Part shown: positions 61,241-64,000 of the stretch, in pieces
How the letters are laid out: the number at the start of each line of letters is the position of its first letter
Position numbering within the stretch: position 1 is the stretch's first letter
NCBI RefSeq assembly: GCF_964194155.1
Contig: NC_135884.1
Coordinates: 11,284,001-11,348,000, forward strand
Source: Cetorhinus maximus
Lineage: Eukaryota
Length of the DNA stretch: 64,000 nt
Direction of reading: 5' to 3'
Made by a program: the position numbers and the translations under genes
The notes under the pieces: generated by a model
Seen by the model: the letters and a program-made list of their open reading frames with translations, nothing else
Database searches by the model: none
What the model was told of the DNA's origin: nothing

Positions 61241-62099
61241 GAGAAACCTACTTTAAGAACGGCCTGGAGAGAGTTTTGCTGATCAAAGCAGAATTGGGAT
61301 GCTATATTGATGAGGAAAGACGAGAGAAACTAGGGTGCTTTTCACTTGAACAGGGGATATCTGAAAGAAGTGCTCAAATTTGGCTTTGAAAGAAACACAG
61401 TGGTTTTTCAGGACATGTAAAAGCCCTACCAAGAACAGTGGTGGAGGTAGAATTAATAATAGATTTTAAAGTGGAAGCATTAAGGTGTCAGGAAAACAAA
61501 AATTCAAAGGCTTAGGAAAAGGACATTTGGGCCTAAGTTGCTAGGGGAGGGGGTGCAGCTAGCTTAGATGACTAGAGTGTGGATCAGATAATGCCAACAG
61601 CACAGAGTTCAATCCCCACTCTGGTTGAAATAGGCTTCAAGCCTATCTCCTCACCCTACCCACAGTAAAATAAAACATAGCACTTAGTAGTGTTTCAGCA
61701 AATAATGGGCCTGCCTTTAGGCAGAGAGCTGAAGAATTTGCCAGCTGTTTGAGGAAGTTGAGACAAGTGCAATGGGCCAAATGGCTTCTTAGACTAAAAC
61801 TGTCAGACAATCTCAGGGGTTTGTACAGCTCGTCATTTCTGTTTTGTCCTTTAATTGTTAACTTATCAGCACATTTGCTGTATACCAGAGATGTCCAAGC
61901 TGTAGCCCAGGGTCATGGGCAATGATGGAGTCAGGCAATTCAGGCATCAAAGCCCAGTCAAGTCACTCCTACTGCGATTACATTTCTTACTCACTGTCTT
62001 GTCCTGATTGACTTATATGAGTCTGGAGATTTAGAAAGGGTTGTTTTAACAGTTGCCTTATTGGTGGATCAGATCATCAACATCTGTCACCAACATCTG

Positions 62100-62340
62100 T
62101 TTGTGTCTGGCCTCTTGAACATCCCTGATTTTCATCGCTCCATCATCAGTGCTCATGACTTCAGCTGCCCGGGCACTAAGCTCTGGAATTCTCTCCCTAA
62201 ACCTCCCCACTTCCCTCTTCTCCTTTAACACCTACCTCTATGACCAAGCTTTTGCTGTCAAATTTTGGTAATGCTCCTGCGGGTACCTCAGGACATTTTA
62301 CTATATCGAAGGCGCTACATGAATGAAAGTTGTTCTTGTT
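62100..62340 (+). mobile_element. L2-type LINE 3' end
   Basis: ctctggaattctctccct...ggcgcta..aatg.aagttgtt tail; related minus-strand pieces at ~33140-33260, 33930-34060, 46160-46760. Confidence 0.6.
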
Positions 62341-63614
62341 AAATATATAAAGATTAATGAGAAATGGATTTAAATTTTATTTCTGGCCTTTGAGGCCCTG
62401 TGAAACTTAACTATATAGTCCACAAAGACAAAACACGTGGACATCCCTCATCTGCACCAGTAGAAAACACTTTCTGCAATGACTTCTGTTTTTTTTGGGG
62501 AGGATCTGACACTAAGATTTTAGCATTTAGTATTTTAGCAAACTCTGAAAGTTTGCTAAAAATAGATTGAGCATTTAACAACCTCTGCACTGGTACATTG
62601 CTATCCATGTTGTTGCAAAAAAAAAAGTGAAATAAATATCAATGTCATCGGTGGCAGAGACAGGGCTATATTGTCGGTGGTGCTATCCTTTGGATGAGAT
62701 GTTAAATCAAGTGGCCCTGAGCGCTTGTCAGAATGGGCGTTATTAGAAAACGAGTAGCGGGGTTCTCACAGTGTCCTGTCCAACATTCCTCTGTCAACCA
62801 ACACCACCAAAAAGCAGATTAAATAGTCACTTGCTGTTTATGAGGGCACGCACAAATTAATGTGTTTATCTACATGGCAAAAGTGGCCGAGTTAATGTTT
62901 CAGGTCCGTGACCTTGCGAGATCATTGACCTGAAAAGTTGGCTCTGTTTCTCCCTCCACGGGTGCTGCCTGACCTGCTGAGTATTTCCTGTTTTTATTTC
63001 AGATTTCCAGCATGTGTTTTTGTATTACGCTGCACTGTGGCAATGGTGATTGTTGGACAAATTTGAGGCCTCTAGGACATAAGATGCTTTCTAAATATCT
63101 AGTTCTTCCTTCGACAAAATGGGCAGAGGAAAGGAAGGAGTCCGGTGTGATGTTGATAGGAGGAAAATAATCTTACACGTTAACAAATGCTAACTTCGGC
63201 CAGGGTTGGTTTGGAAATTGAGGCACTGGCCAACACTAGCCAAGCTGCTTTGCTGCATATAGCAACACACATTTCTTCTTTCACTTTGACCCATATGTAA
63301 AGTGTGGGAAGGTTAACAGTCTTGTGTCAATACACAGAGAAACTGGTGGCCCTTTCATCTGTCCAAAACACTGGAAATTTCACCATATGCCTCCAGATCC
63401 CCAGGGAAAGAAGCTTGGTGCCTTCATCCCCTTTATCACATGTTTAAATCCACTGCTACCACAAATCAATTTTATGTGCTCCAGTATTTCTTGATCAAAC
63501 CAGCAATAGAATGTTAGGTATACCTGCTGCTTAAGCCATGGCAAGGCCTGAGTCCCTTTGCCTTTCACTGTATCTAATTGTCTCAACCCTGGGAGTTCTT
63601 ATCTGACTCCGATC

Positions 63615-63846
63615 AGAACTTGATAGGGTAGATACCAGGAGGATGTTTCCACTTGTGAAGGAGGCTAGAACTAGGGGATACAGTTTAAGAATAAGAGTTC
63701 TCCCATTTTAGACTAAGATGAGGAGATTTTTTTTTCTTTCAGAGAGTCATTAGTATGTGGAATTTTCTTGCCCAGTGAGCAATGGAGGCTATTCAAGGCA
63801 GAATTAGACACATTTTTGATAGACAAGATAGTCAAGGGTTATGGGG

Positions 63847-63880
<34 letters not shown>

Positions 63881-63997
63881 CGGAATACGGAAAAGTGGAG
63901 TTGAGGCCATAACAAGATCAGCCATGGTCTTGCTGAATGGCAGAGCAGGCTCGAAAGGCAGAATGGCCTACTCTTGCTCCTAAGTCCTATGTCTTAT
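63615..63997 (+). mobile_element. CR1 LINE 3' end
   Basis: FKAELDTFL and ggc.gaatggcctactc..ctcct tail; contains a long G run. Confidence 0.8.
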
Positions 63998-64000
63998 TTC

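Noticed and set aside
63849-63880. Long poly-G run (also poly-C at ~4258-4279)
   Set aside because: Homopolymers within TEs; length is unreliable and no function is supportable.

Overview
Repeat-rich vertebrate nuclear DNA, not prokaryotic. The repeat content (Deu-domain SINEs, CR1-type LINEs, Penelope-like fragments) suggests a cartilaginous fish such as a shark; this is inferred from repeats only. One protein-coding gene is well supported: ELK1 (ETS ternary complex factor) on the minus strand, with four coding exons join(complement 18857-19060, 13715-14485, 9856-9957, 8789-8887), 391 aa, all GT-AG phase-0 introns, and the ETS domain, B-box, D-domain and C-terminal S/T-P and FQFP motifs. The rest is mostly transposable elements: two LINE families, several tRNA-derived SINEs, a decayed two-gene Harbinger/PIF transposon (53564-57328, TAA TSD) with related MITEs, hAT MITEs with 8-bp TSDs, Penelope-like fragments carrying minimal hammerhead-ribozyme motifs (several as palindromic mini-insertions with TSDs), and two minisatellites. 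Most of the ORF track is spurious or TE-derived. I found no convincing wholly new biological system. The best leads are the hammerhead-bearing palindromic Penelope mini-elements (one on the ELK1 sense strand in an intron) and a candidate upstream ELK1 exon that would add an in-frame N-terminal extension. Repeat boundaries without a stated TIR/TSD are approximate, and family names come from recognition, not from a database search.
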